Assembly (NCBI GenBank): GCA_963702425.1
Contig: CAVPCQ010000019.1
Coordinates: 64,001-128,000 of the forward strand
Direction: 5' to 3'
DNA from: an uncultured Acidobacteriota bacterium
Lineage (GTDB): Bacteria > Acidobacteriota > Polarisedimenticolia > J045
Length of the DNA stretch: 64,000 nucleotides
The translations under genes and the position numbers were made by a program. The notes beneath the pieces were generated by a model. It saw only the letters and a program-made list of their open reading frames with translations, made no database searches and had not been told where the DNA came from. Within the stretch, counting starts at the first letter, position 1. Each line of letters begins with the position of its first letter. Positions 42,670-52,513 of this stretch are shown one piece after another.

Positions 42670-43771
42670 GTGCCAGCGCGACGTTTCCAGATCCTAGACG
42701 CCACGATCGAACTGCGCGGCCCCGCTGCGTCGGTCGAGCCGATTGCATACGCCTACCGCCGCTTCGCCGCGGACGAGTCCCTTCCCCCCGAAAGGGGAAC
42801 GGCGGCGGTTCCCGACGCCCCCCCATCCGTCAACGGCCGCCCGATCGGTCCGATCGACGGGTATGACCCCGCGCTGCAGCTCTACAGCGAGTTCCTCCTC
42901 GAGACGCGCCGCCTCATTACTTCGACGGCGCTGATTCACGGTGCCAGTCTTGTCGACTCGTCCGGAGGGGCGACGCTCATCGCTGCGCCGTCCGCTCACG
43001 GAAAGACCTCGCTCGCGCTGGCCCTGCTCGCGCGGGGCCAGCGCCTGCTCAGCGACGACTACTCGCCGCTGGACCTCCGGACCGGCGACGTCCGCCCCTT
43101 CCCGCGCGCCGTGGCGGTCGATCCCGGACGGCAGCGCGCCCCTTCCCGCAGTCTTCCGCGCCGCCGCGGCGCGGCCGGGTACTCCGCGGCTCCTGGGGAA
43201 GGTGCTGCTCGACATCGGGGAGGTCCTGGGGGAGGACGCGCTGCAGCGCGAGCCGGCCCCGCTGCGTCGCGTGGTGCTGTTGACCGGCGACACGGCGCAT
43301 GCCCTCGATCGCGAGCCGCGGGTCGACCTGCGGGTCGGCGCCCTCGCCGAGCACTCCCTCCGCCTCGAGCGGGCGCTGGAGGGGGTTCCCGGCGTCGCCG
43401 TGGCGGACCGCGGGACGCGGGGCGCGATGCGCATCTGGATCCTCTCGCTCGACCTCTCGCACCGCCCCTCCGAGCCCCTTTCCCGCCTCTTCGACGACCC
43501 GGCGATCGTCTTCGTCGAGCGCTGGGGCGAGGCGACGCCGGCGTTCGAAGGGGAGCCGGAGTCGCGCCCGATCCCGCGCTCCGAAGCGGCACTGCTGCTG
43601 GCCCGCGAGATGCTCAACCGCCGCGAGGGCGGGGGGGCGCTGGCGGCCTACGGCGGTCGGCTCGCCCCGCTCGTCCTCGACCTGGCCGGGGCGCTGCGGG
43701 ATGCCGTCTGCTTCTCGGTCAAGCCCGGGGGGGACCTTGACCGGACCGCTGCGATGACCGAGAACTTGTAG
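42670..43771 (+). CDS. HPr-kinase-like (lasso-peptide-kinase-like) P-loop kinase with a 1-bp frameshift at ~43120
   Basis: IHGASL, Walker A APSAHGKTS, LLSDD and PFPRA; reading continues in frame 42941..43771 after one G is removed. Confidence 0.78.
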
Positions 43772-43802
43772 GGAAGACGCGAAGGACCGCGACGAGGCTC
43801 CC

Positions 43803-44078
43803 ATGCCGGCCCAGACCGACCGCCCGCGCGCCCAGGATCTCCTGACGGGGCGGGACCTCAAGGACGAGTACGTTCTTCTCGGGCGCACCGGGGACCGGCT
43901 CCACGTGCTCAACGACACGGCGCGGGAGATCTTCCTGCTCTGCGACGGCCGCCGGACGATCGCCGAGATCGTGTGCACGATCACCGAGCGGTTCGAGGTC
44001 ACGGAAGAGCAGGCCGCCGACGACGTGCGGGCCACGCTCTCGGAGTTCGTCGCGCTCGGGATCGTCACGCTCGACTGA
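43803..44078 (+). CDS. PqqD-family RiPP recognition element (stand-alone RRE)
   Basis: DEYVLL…LHVLNDTAREIFLLCDGRRTIAEI…ERFEV…DV…L..LGIV. Confidence 0.9.
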   Translation: MPAQTDRPRAQDLLTGRDLKDEYVLLGRTGDRLHVLNDTAREIFLLCDGRRTIAEIVCTITERFEVTEEQAADDVRATLSEFVALGIVTLD

Positions 44079-44138
44079 GCGGGCCGAGGCGAGCGTCGTG
44101 CTGTGCGACGAATCGTCGCCAGCGCTTCGCGCGGGGCG

Positions 44139-44363
44139 CTACGGCCTTCTTGCTCCCGACACGTCCCGGATTTCTCTCAACAGCAGGGCCACGACGAAGA
44201 GCAGGGCGACCACCGAGAACTCCAAGAGTCGACTAGGTGCGTACCTTCCCTGAAGCACCGTGTAACCGACAATGTTCGCCAACTTCTCCCAGACCGCCAG
44301 ACCTGCGAGCAGGAACGCCCCAACGAACAGGACGCGGCAAAGGACGCTCGTCAGCAGTTTCAT
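44139..44363 (-). CDS. Small two-TM membrane protein (74 aa)
   Basis: GGAGG RBS; two hydrophobic helices; 11 bp downstream of the lipoprotein gene. Confidence 0.7.
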   Translation of the reverse strand: MKLLTSVLCRVLFVGAFLLAGLAVWEKLANIVGYTVLQGRYAPSRLLEFSVVALLFVVALLLREIRDVSGARRP

Positions 44364-44374
44364 CGTTCCGCCTC

Positions 44375-44662
44375 CTAGCCCCGGGGAATCAGGCTGGCGT
44401 TCCACAGTTCGCCGGTCGCCACGCTGAACACGACCATGCGGACATTCAGGCTATCGTCCTGGAACCACAGTTGCACCAGATCCGGATACTGCGGCGCACT
44501 TGAAACCCCCACGAGCCGCCCCCACTCCGGCGGGATCGAAGCGGGGGTGCGGAGTACCTCCTTCGCAACCCCCGCCTTTGGAGCAGTCGGCAGTTTCTGG
44601 CACGCCGGCATCAGCGCGACGAGAGCCAGGATCAGCAGGACCCCAACGATTCGACGTGACAT
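44375..44662 (-). CDS. Small lipoprotein (95 aa)
   Basis: GAGGAGG RBS; signal MSRRIVGVLLILALVALMPA-C. Confidence 0.75.
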   Translation of the reverse strand: MSRRIVGVLLILALVALMPACQKLPTAPKAGVAKEVLRTPASIPPEWGRLVGVSSAPQYPDLVQLWFQDDSLNVRMVVFSVATGELWNASLIPRG

Positions 44663-44762
44663 GGACAATCCTCCTCGTGCGGGAGAGTCGCTGCGGGCGA
44701 TTGCACGCATGTTTCGCGCGGGGGATTCCCCCTCCTCCGGCAGCGACCCGCATCGCACGGCC

Positions 44763-44778
44763 TGCAATACCATAGCCA
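44763..44778 (-). promoter_or_regulatory. sigma54 promoter of the lipoprotein/membrane-protein pair
   Basis: TGGCTATGGTATTGCA (GG-N10-GC), ~100 bp upstream of ATG 44662. Confidence 0.6.
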
Positions 44779-44899
44779 CCGGCGCAGGTCAACCCCCGGC
44801 GCGATCACCTCGGTGGGGCCCGCAGCAGCGGGCGCACGATCCCCGCTGGCCGCCGGTGGCAGGTCGGGTGTCGGTCGCCCGTCCCTCGTCCGCCTTGCG

Positions 44900-45790
44900 A
44901 GTCAAAGAGATGCCGAAGCCGATGATGCCCCGCGTCCCTTCGCGCCAGCGGACGGTCTGCCAGGTGGAGTTCGACAGCGTGGCCGTGAGCACGGCGAGGG
45001 GCATCGGCTGATGCTCCGGCGTGCGCCGCACCCGGCGCGGTGGCCGCCCCGGACCGGCCGCGCGAGGGCGCGGCGGCAGCGGCGTCTGCCGGGGGGCCAG
45101 ACGGAGATGTCGGCCGTGACGTCTGCGGCATAGGACAAGCCGCACGCCGTCAGCGCCTCGCGGAACGCCGTCGTCGCACCGTACCCCGCGTCCGCGACGA
45201 CGGGGGCGTGCGGCAGATCGTCGGCCAACAGGTCGTCCAGCAGGCTGATCGCCAGCGACCACTTGGTCTGGAACCGAACCGCTATCAGAGTCCCCGCCGC
45301 TTCACGCCGCGTTGGCGGCCGAAATCGCCACGGCGACGTGGCAGTTGTCCTGCTCGCCGAGCGGGCCGCAGTACTGCCGCGCGCCCCCCACCGAAAACTG
45401 ACCCCTCTTCGGCATCCCGGTGTCGTCGATGAGCCACGCTTCCACCGGAGCGTGCCGCACGAGTTGGGTCAGCGCGTGATCCCGTGCCACGCGGATCACG
45501 TCGTTCGCCTCTCCGGCCTCGTTGGCGACGAATTGGTGCAAGGACTGGTGCTGCGCCGCTGCCCGCCGCGGATCGAGCCGGGCCGCCATCCGCTCCACGC
45601 TCTTCCACTCGCCGGTCAGGAGCAGCCCCATCAGGTACCCGCGCAGGGGATCGTGCCGGTCGGCATGGCCGAGCACCGCACGGACCCGCGACACGAACTC
45701 CGCCAAGCGGCCTTACGGCGGCGCAGCAGCCCGGCTCATGCGCCGATGCTCGCACAGGCGCGCTCAACCCGTCACCTTCTGACGCAGTAG
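44900..45790 (-). mobile_element. Degenerate IS701-family element
   Basis: KSVERMAA, HQSLHQFV, IDDTGMPKRG.FSVG.ARQYCG.LGEQDNC, VVADAGYG and WQTVRWREGT; multiple frameshifts and deletions. Confidence 0.85.
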
Positions 45791-46847
45791 TTCTGGGCGG
45801 AGGAGCGACCAAAGCCTCGGGGCCGACCGGCGGCTTCTGACCAATAGCGTGGACCGACCGCTCCGAGATGTGTCAGCGTCGGGAAACGCCAGCCTGCGTA
45901 TGTCAGGCTTTCAGAAGAACCTGCGTCTCCAGCCGCGTCATCATGCCGATCAATTCTTCCCTCTCCGCGGCCGCTCGGAGGCCTCCGCGGCGACAGTCTC
46001 GGGGCGTGCCCCGGGACTGGAAGACCGGCAGAGCCGATCGAAGTTCGACCGGCAGAACTTCCTGGAGCCCGCAACGGCACTCGCGGCCACCCATGATGTC
46101 CGGGGCGCGAGAGCGTCGATCGCATCGTCAACTTCACGGGCGATCCCATCCCGTCGTCACTGGTCCGGCACCGACGGCCGCCAGACCATGAAGCCCTGAT
46201 CCGGTACGGCATCCAACCAAACGCCCGACTTCACGCATTCGTTCCGGTCTTCTCGGCGCCAGTCGCGGGCTTTCTGGCTGCTGATGCCGCACTCATTGAC
46301 TCCTTCGAACTCGCAGCCGATCGCGACTGCCGCACGAGGATGTCGGCGAGACGAACGGTTTGCGCTCCGGTCTCGAGGATGTGTGCCCCGTTGGAGAGGC
46401 GTTCGACAACGACCTCGCACATCCTCTGGCGGGGGAAGTTCATCATCCACCCGCTGCAGGGCTACCCGTCCCACGGCAGCCACCACACCGATCGGCTCTT
46501 CGAAGTCGTCAGTCGGCGCTACGGCCAGTGCTCGACGGTCGCCGCTTCCGCCAGGCCTTTCAGCGAACTGCTCGCCGATTTCTGCGACCCTGACAGCCCC
46601 GAGCGGATCCGGCGCTTCAGTTGGCATGACGACGTCCATCCGCCCGGGTGCGCCCGCCCGCGACGCTCTCCGTGGCTGGAGTCGGTGCGAGCGCCGGGAA
46701 CGACTCTCGTCGCCGACACCGAAGGCTCGCTCGCGACGAGCCCCATCTCCGCGCTCTCGGAACTCCGGCAAGACAGCCCGACTATGCTAAACTCGCCAAC
46801 CAGTTGCGTCTGCCGCGGGCGGGCCAGCGCTAGACCGCCGAGGATCG

Positions 46848-48392
46848 ATGATGGATGAACTGGCCGAGTTGAGGCGACGCCTGGCCGAAGCGCACGCGGG
46901 CGGCGGCTCGGAACGAACTGCCAAACAGCATGCTTCCGGGAAGCTCACCGCCCGCGAGCGCATCGAGTTGCTGTGCGATCAGGGCAGTTTCGAAGAATCC
47001 GGAGCGTTCGTGGTCCATCGTTGCCGAGAGTTCGGTATGGATCGTCGCACGATCGCAGGAGACGGGGTAGTGACAGGGCTCGCACTGGTCGATGGGCGGC
47101 CCGTCGCGGTGTTTGCGCAGGACTTCACCGCTTTCGGCGGCACGCTGTCGGAACCACATGCCGGGAAGATCTGCAGCATCATGGACCGGGCGATCAGCAT
47201 CGGATGCCCGATCATCGGCTTGAACGACTCCGGCGGGGCGCGCATTCACGAAGGACCGGCAAGTCAGGCAGGCTACGCCGAGATCTTCTGGCGCAACACG
47301 ATCGCGTCAGGGGTTGTGCCGCAGATCTCCGTGATCATGGGCCCCTGCGCCGGCGGAGCCACATATTCGCCGGCGATCACCGATTTCACGATCATGGTTG
47401 CCGAGACTTCCTACATGTTCATCACGGGACCAGATGTCGTGCGTCAGGTGATCCGCGAAGAGGTGACGAAGGAGGCACTGGGGGGGCCAGTGGTTCACGC
47501 CAGCAAGAGTGGCGTGGCCCACTTCATCGCTTCAAGTGATGCTGAAGCGCTGGAATTGGTACGGTCGCTGCTCTCGTTCCTGCCTTCAAGCAACCGCAGC
47601 GATCCTCCGCGGCGTCGGCCCGATCCCGATCCGCTGAGGCTCGACGAGGGCTTGCGTACCCTGATCCCCGACGAGCCGCAGAAGCCATACAACGTGAAAG
47701 ATCTCATCCGCCGCCTCGTAGACAACGGGGAGTTTTTCGAGGTGCATGAGAGGTGGGCTCGCAATCTCGTGGTGGGCATTGCCCGACTCGACGGCCAGCC
47801 GATCGGGATCGTGGCGAATCAGCCCGCGTTTCTGGCCGGCGTCCTGGACATCGATGCCTCGCGCAAGGGTACGCGCTTCGTTCGCTTCTGCGATTGCTTC
47901 AACATTCCTCTCGTGGTACTGGAAGACGTGCCCGGATTCCTGCCGGGTACCGGGCAAGAGCACGGTGGGATCATCTCGCACGGTGCGAAGTTGCTGTTCG
48001 CTTTTGCGGAGGCGACCGTACCCAAGTTGACGGTCATCACGCGCAAGGGCTACGGAGGAGCCTACTGCGTCATGGCGAGCAAGCATGTGCGCGGGGACCT
48101 CAACCTGGCCTGGCCGGGGGCGGAGATCGCGGTGATGGGCGCCGAATCGGCAGTCGAGATCCTGTATCGGAACGAGCTGAGCGGGGCCGCCGATCGAGAC
48201 GATCTCAAGCGCGAACTCTCCGCGGGGTACCGAGCCGCATACGGAAACCCCTATGTGGCTGCGGAGCGAGGCTACATTGACGCGGTGATCGACCCCGCAG
48301 AAACACGTTACCGACTGATCGTCGGGCTGCGACGGTTGGAGACCAAGGTGGACGCACTCCCGCGGAAAAAGCACGGTAACATGCCGGTCTGA
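46848..48392 (+). CDS. Acyl-CoA carboxylase carboxyltransferase subunit (PccB/MmdA-like)
   Basis: GKLTARERI, DSGGARIHEG, GPCAGGA.YSPA.TDF, DVPGFLPG and KKHGNMP. Confidence 0.92.
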   Translation: MMDELAELRRRLAEAHAGGGSERTAKQHASGKLTARERIELLCDQGSFEESGAFVVHRCREFGMDRRTIAGDGVVTGLALVDGRPVAVFAQDFTAFGGTLSEPHAGKICSIMDRAISIGCPIIGLNDSGGARIHEGPASQAGYAEIFWRNTIASGVVPQISVIMGPCAGGATYSPAITDFTIMVAETSYMFITGPDVVRQVIREEVTKEALGGPVVHASKSGVAHFIASSDAEALELVRSLLSFLPSSNRSDPPRRRPDPDPLRLDEGLRTLIPDEPQKPYNVKDLIRRLVDNGEFFEVHERWARNLVVGIARLDGQPIGIVANQPAFLAGVLDIDASRKGTRFVRFCDCFNIPLVVLEDVPGFLPGTGQEHGGIISHGAKLLFAFAEATVPKLTVITRKGYGGAYCVMASKHVRGDLNLAWPGAEIAVMGAESAVEILYRNELSGAADRDDLKRELSAGYRAAYGNPYVAAERGYIDAVIDPAETRYRLIVGLRRLETKVDALPRKKHGNMPV

Positions 48393-48587
48393 TCGGATCG
48401 TACCCGGTGGTGCGGCGCGACGACACTGGATCGCGTTCTACCTTGAGCTGCGGGAGCATGGAGGTGGGGCGGGGGTGATTACGATCATGGGAGACACAGT
48501 CCGTCCCGCGGTGCGGGCCATCAAGTCCGTTCCGAGAACCCGGACCGGCAAGCGCGTTTCCATCGACGAGGAAGCCGAGAAGGCGCG

Positions 48588-49793
48588 ATGAGCCAGGGTA
48601 GTGCGGTGCCCGTGCTCATGTACCACGGCGTCGGTCCCGGGATTCCCGGCTGGCGTTGGAACTCCCTGGTCATGCCGGTGGACGTGTTCGAGGACCAACT
48701 TCGATGGCTCGGCCGGGAGGGCTACCGGGCGGCGGATCTCGACGATCTCCACCGGCACATGAGTGGGACGGTGACGCTGCCCCCGAAGTCGGTCGTACTC
48801 ACGTTCGACGACGGATACCTCGACAACTGGGTCCATGCAGCCCCCCTTCTCGAGCAGCACGGCTTTCGCGGGACGGTCTTCGTCAATCCCGAGTTCGTCG
48901 ATCCGCGGGACGTCGTGCGACCCACGCTCCGCGACGTGCGCGAGGGTCGATCGCGATTGGAGGATCTCGAGAGCCGGGGGTTCCTCTCGTGGGAAGAGCT
49001 CAAGCGGCTGACGGCGTCCCGGGTCCTGCTGGCCGAGTCCCACCTTCTCACACACACCTGGTATCCGGTCGGGGCGGAGGTCGTGGACTTCCACCGACCT
49101 GGAGATGGCCAGTACTGGCTGGACTGGAACGCCGCGCCCGAGCGCAAGCCGTTCTACCTACTCGATCCCGACGCGAGCCGGGTGCCGTGGGGTGTTCCGA
49201 TCTACGAGCACAGGAAATCGATGGAGGCGCGCTGCTACCACCCCGACCCCGAAGAGGCCAGTGTTCTTGCCGAGCACGTCGCCTCGCGAGGCGGCCCGGA
49301 CTTCTTCGCGGGGAGCGGTTGGCGGGAGGAACTTCGCCGCCGCCTCATGGCGTACCGGGAGACGGCGGGGGTCCGCGGCCGCGCCGAGTCGGATGACGAG
49401 AGGCGGACCCGGCTGCTGGCCGAGGTCGTGGACTCGAAGCGGATCCTGGAAGAGCGGCTCGGGCGCCCGATCCGGCACCTCTGCTGGCCGGGTGGCGGCT
49501 ACGACGAGATGGCGCGCGAGGCCGCCGATGCGCATTACCTGACGACCACCCTCCGCTCACACGAGGGGCCGGAGCGCCGCAACCGCCCCGGCGAGGACCC
49601 GCGGAGGATCCGGCGCTGGGGCGCGCCGGACGACGAGCGCGGGGATACGGTCCACTGGTACGGCGGCCGCTACCTGGTGAGATATCTCGACGAGTTTCGG
49701 GGTGTGCCATTCGCGCGGACGCGGCGACAGGTCATCAAGGCGACCTCGCTCGCCCGGCGGGCGCTCGGCATGCGGCCGCCGCGAGGACGTTGA
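48588..49793 (+). CDS. Polysaccharide deacetylase (NodB/CE4-like) with a large insertion
   Basis: VPVLMYH, LTFDDGY, ESH..TH and CWPGG. Confidence 0.85.
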   Translation: MSQGSAVPVLMYHGVGPGIPGWRWNSLVMPVDVFEDQLRWLGREGYRAADLDDLHRHMSGTVTLPPKSVVLTFDDGYLDNWVHAAPLLEQHGFRGTVFVNPEFVDPRDVVRPTLRDVREGRSRLEDLESRGFLSWEELKRLTASRVLLAESHLLTHTWYPVGAEVVDFHRPGDGQYWLDWNAAPERKPFYLLDPDASRVPWGVPIYEHRKSMEARCYHPDPEEASVLAEHVASRGGPDFFAGSGWREELRRRLMAYRETAGVRGRAESDDERRTRLLAEVVDSKRILEERLGRPIRHLCWPGGGYDEMAREAADAHYLTTTLRSHEGPERRNRPGEDPRRIRRWGAPDDERGDTVHWYGGRYLVRYLDEFRGVPFARTRRQVIKATSLARRALGMRPPRGR

Positions 49794-49829
49794 GCGGGGT
49801 CACGGTCCGGCGCCCACGGAGGGAACGCG

Positions 49830-51335
49830 GTGCTGAAAAACGTAGGAGCGACCTGGGGCAAAGTCCTCGTCAGCATCCTGCTGTCGTACATCCTCACGCC
49901 CTTCATCATCTCGACGCTCGGCCAGGAGCGCTATGGGGCCTGGGTCTTGATCAACTCGATCATGGGGTATCTGGCGATCCTCGCGCTGGGAGTCCCCGCG
50001 GCGTCGGTACGCTACCTCTCGGAGGCGCTGGCCCGGAAGGATCTCGAGGACTTCAACCGGACATCAGGGGCTTGCGGAGGACTGTACGTTGTCCTTGGCG
50101 GCGCGGCGCTCGTTGCGACACTCCCGCTGTTCCTCTTTTTCACGACATACGATCTGGACGCCGCGGTGCGGGCCGACGCGTACCTTGCTTTTGTGCTCGT
50201 TGGCGCAGCGAGCGCCGTAGGATTCTACGCGCTGTTGCCTGCAGGGATCCTGAGCGCCAAGAGCGCATTCGTGGCGCTGAGCGGCATCCAGGTCTTCACC
50301 CAGGTTCTCCGTTTCGCGGTGACGATCGTCGGGCTTCGGATGGAGGCGTCGATCGCCCTGCTCGCAGCAATTCAAGTCGGTCTTGCGTTCGTTGAGTTCA
50401 TCGTGTCGGCTATGTACTTGAGGCGCACGTATCCCGAGATTCGACTCGGCCGGCCGAGGTTCGACCCCGGGCGAATTCGGAAGATTTTCTCCTTCAGTGT
50501 CTACGTGCTGCTCCTGAGCCTCGGGCTCCGGCTTCACTTCCAGACCGACGCGATCGTGATCGGCGGCCTCCTCGACGTCCGTGAAATCCCCTACTTCGAT
50601 GTCGCGAACAGCCTGCTTCTGTATCTGATGGAGTTTGTCGTTGCCATTGGCGCCGTGTTGATGCCGGCCGCTTCGCGGCACGGCACTCTCGGCGAATGGA
50701 ACGTGCTGCGGGACCTCTACTTCAAGTGGGCGAAGATCGCGGTTTCCCTGACGTGCGTCGCGGCGCTCTATCTCATGGTCTTCGGTCCGGCGTTCATCGG
50801 AAGATGGATCGGTCCTTCCTTCACTGAACCCGCGGGGCTCGTGCTGCGGATCCTGGTCGTGGCAAACCTGCTGTTCCTCCCGGCCCGTGGCGTTGCGATC
50901 CCGCTTCTCCTGGGGATCGGCCAGGCGCGGGTGGCCATGTTCTCGTTTGCCGGTTTCGCCATCCTGAACCTCGTCGCCAGCCTGGCGCTGGCACGCCCGC
51001 TCGGGCTCGCCGGGGTGGCTATCGGCACGGCGGTGCCGATCGCGCTGTTCGCGGTTCATGTGCTCGCCTACGCGGCCCGGAAGGTGCAGGCGCGGGTCGG
51101 CTCCTTCTTCCTCTACGTTTTCGGCAGGAACCTGCTCGCGCTCGGGGCAGGGCTCCTGATACTGCGAGCGTCCCAGGTGTGGTTCGACATGAGCGGCTAT
51201 CCGGGGCTCGTAGCGGCGGGGTTCTTCACCGTTGGCCTTGCGGCCGTACTCTGGGTCGGGTTCGTGCACCGTCGCGACCCGCACCTCGATCTGTTCGCAG
51301 AGGTTCGCGCGAGGCTTGGGCGAGGTGCCGCATGA
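49830..51335 (+). CDS. Polysaccharide flippase (Wzx/MOP family)
   Basis: About 12-14 TM segments; LTPFIISTLGQERYGAW; glycan-locus context. Confidence 0.85.
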   Translation: MLKNVGATWGKVLVSILLSYILTPFIISTLGQERYGAWVLINSIMGYLAILALGVPAASVRYLSEALARKDLEDFNRTSGACGGLYVVLGGAALVATLPLFLFFTTYDLDAAVRADAYLAFVLVGAASAVGFYALLPAGILSAKSAFVALSGIQVFTQVLRFAVTIVGLRMEASIALLAAIQVGLAFVEFIVSAMYLRRTYPEIRLGRPRFDPGRIRKIFSFSVYVLLLSLGLRLHFQTDAIVIGGLLDVREIPYFDVANSLLLYLMEFVVAIGAVLMPAASRHGTLGEWNVLRDLYFKWAKIAVSLTCVAALYLMVFGPAFIGRWIGPSFTEPAGLVLRILVVANLLFLPARGVAIPLLLGIGQARVAMFSFAGFAILNLVASLALARPLGLAGVAIGTAVPIALFAVHVLAYAARKVQARVGSFFLYVFGRNLLALGAGLLILRASQVWFDMSGYPGLVAAGFFTVGLAAVLWVGFVHRRDPHLDLFAEVRARLGRGAA

Positions 51336-52513
51336 CGGCGAGCTTGCTGCTGATTGCCTGGTTCCTCGTGGGGGGCGCCCTGGCCGCCGCGGCGGCGGAG
51401 ATCGTATGCCGGGCCGTCCTGCGCGCTCGCCATCGGCGCTTCGTGTACATTCCGCGGTGGCGCGTTCAAGTCGAACTGAACCCAGATTACCACCCCGCAC
51501 TGAACGGCACCGTGATGTTCGAGACGAATCGGTTCGGGCAGCGCGGCGACGATCCGCCGGCTGGCGACGGCATCTTCCGAGTCTTGGCGTCGGGTGGTAG
51601 CGCAGTCGAGTGCTTCCTTCTCGATGGCCCCCGTTCTTGGCCGGCCGTTCTGGAGTCGGTCCTGTCGGAGCGCGAGGCTTGCGCGCTGCTCCACGCGCGC
51701 TGCGTTCACGTTGCCAACATCGGGCGCTCCGGGATCGACACGGAGAAACTCGCGGAAGTCTTTGAGTCGGGCACTTTTCCGGCAGATCGGTACGATATCG
51801 TCCTAATCATGACCGGCGCGGCGGACGTTCTCCGGTGGCTCGCCGCGGGCGCGGCCGCGGATCCGCCCGTCCCACAGCCATCGCTCGACGAGGTGTTCCA
51901 CTGGCGAAGCGACTCGCTGTACGGGTGGAGGCCTTCGAGCGCCGCGTCAGTCAAGGTGGCGAAGATGCTCGTGCGCGCGTTCGTGCGTCCCGTCGAAACC
52001 CGCCGGGATGGCGGAGGCTGGATGATCGCGGCGCGTGCCTCTCGGGTAGCCACGACGAGTTTCATCGAGGACGTTCCGGATCCGGCGCCGATGTACCGTC
52101 ACTACGAGGAGGCGCTCGGGCGGGCGATCCGAGCGGCAGCACGGAGGGCCGACCGTGTCCTGGTCGTCGAACAAGCGTGGTTTGACCGGAATCCCACTCC
52201 GGAGGAGGCGCTCCAACTCTGGAACCCCGCCCTCGGGGCTCCGTGGAAGGACGGTGGCAAGGCGTTCTATTCCCATGACCTCGCGATGCGCCTCATGCGC
52301 GGATTGACGGATGCGACGCGGCGGACGGCTGAGGCCTGCGGGGTCGAGTTCATGGATTTGCGGCCTCACGTGCCTGGCAACCGCGAAACCTTCTACGACA
52401 TGTTCCACTACACGAACGAGGGGGCGGCTATCGTCGGCCGAGCAGTTGCGGATCGGATACTCGAGATCAGCAGCCGATACGAATCCGCTTCCCGCGTGGA
52501 TGAGCGTGCATGA
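51332..52513 (+). CDS. SGNH/GDSL hydrolase-family protein
   Basis: N-terminal TM anchor; ASGGSA, VANIGRSG and DMFHYTNEG; ATGA overlaps on both sides. Confidence 0.75.
   Translation: MTASLLLIAWFLVGGALAAAAAEIVCRAVLRARHRRFVYIPRWRVQVELNPDYHPALNGTVMFETNRFGQRGDDPPAGDGIFRVLASGGSAVECFLLDGPRSWPAVLESVLSEREACALLHARCVHVANIGRSGIDTEKLAEVFESGTFPADRYDIVLIMTGAADVLRWLAAGAAADPPVPQPSLDEVFHWRSDSLYGWRPSSAASVKVAKMLVRAFVRPVETRRDGGGWMIAARASRVATTSFIEDVPDPAPMYRHYEEALGRAIRAAARRADRVLVVEQAWFDRNPTPEEALQLWNPALGAPWKDGGKAFYSHDLAMRLMRGLTDATRRTAEACGVEFMDLRPHVPGNRETFYDMFHYTNEGAAIVGRAVADRILEISSRYESASRVDERA

Noticed and set aside
42439-44078. Canonical lasso-peptide or PQQ biosynthesis cluster
   Set aside because: There is no lasso cyclase or peptidase and no pqqB/C/E. 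The peptide lacks the PqqA ExxxY motif and the lasso Thr(-2). It is kept only as a non-canonical RiPP candidate.
45800-46840. ORFs 45849..46199 and 46340..46858 as genes
   Set aside because: No recognisable motifs or convincing RBS, and atypical composition. Probably decayed fragments that I cannot support as genes.
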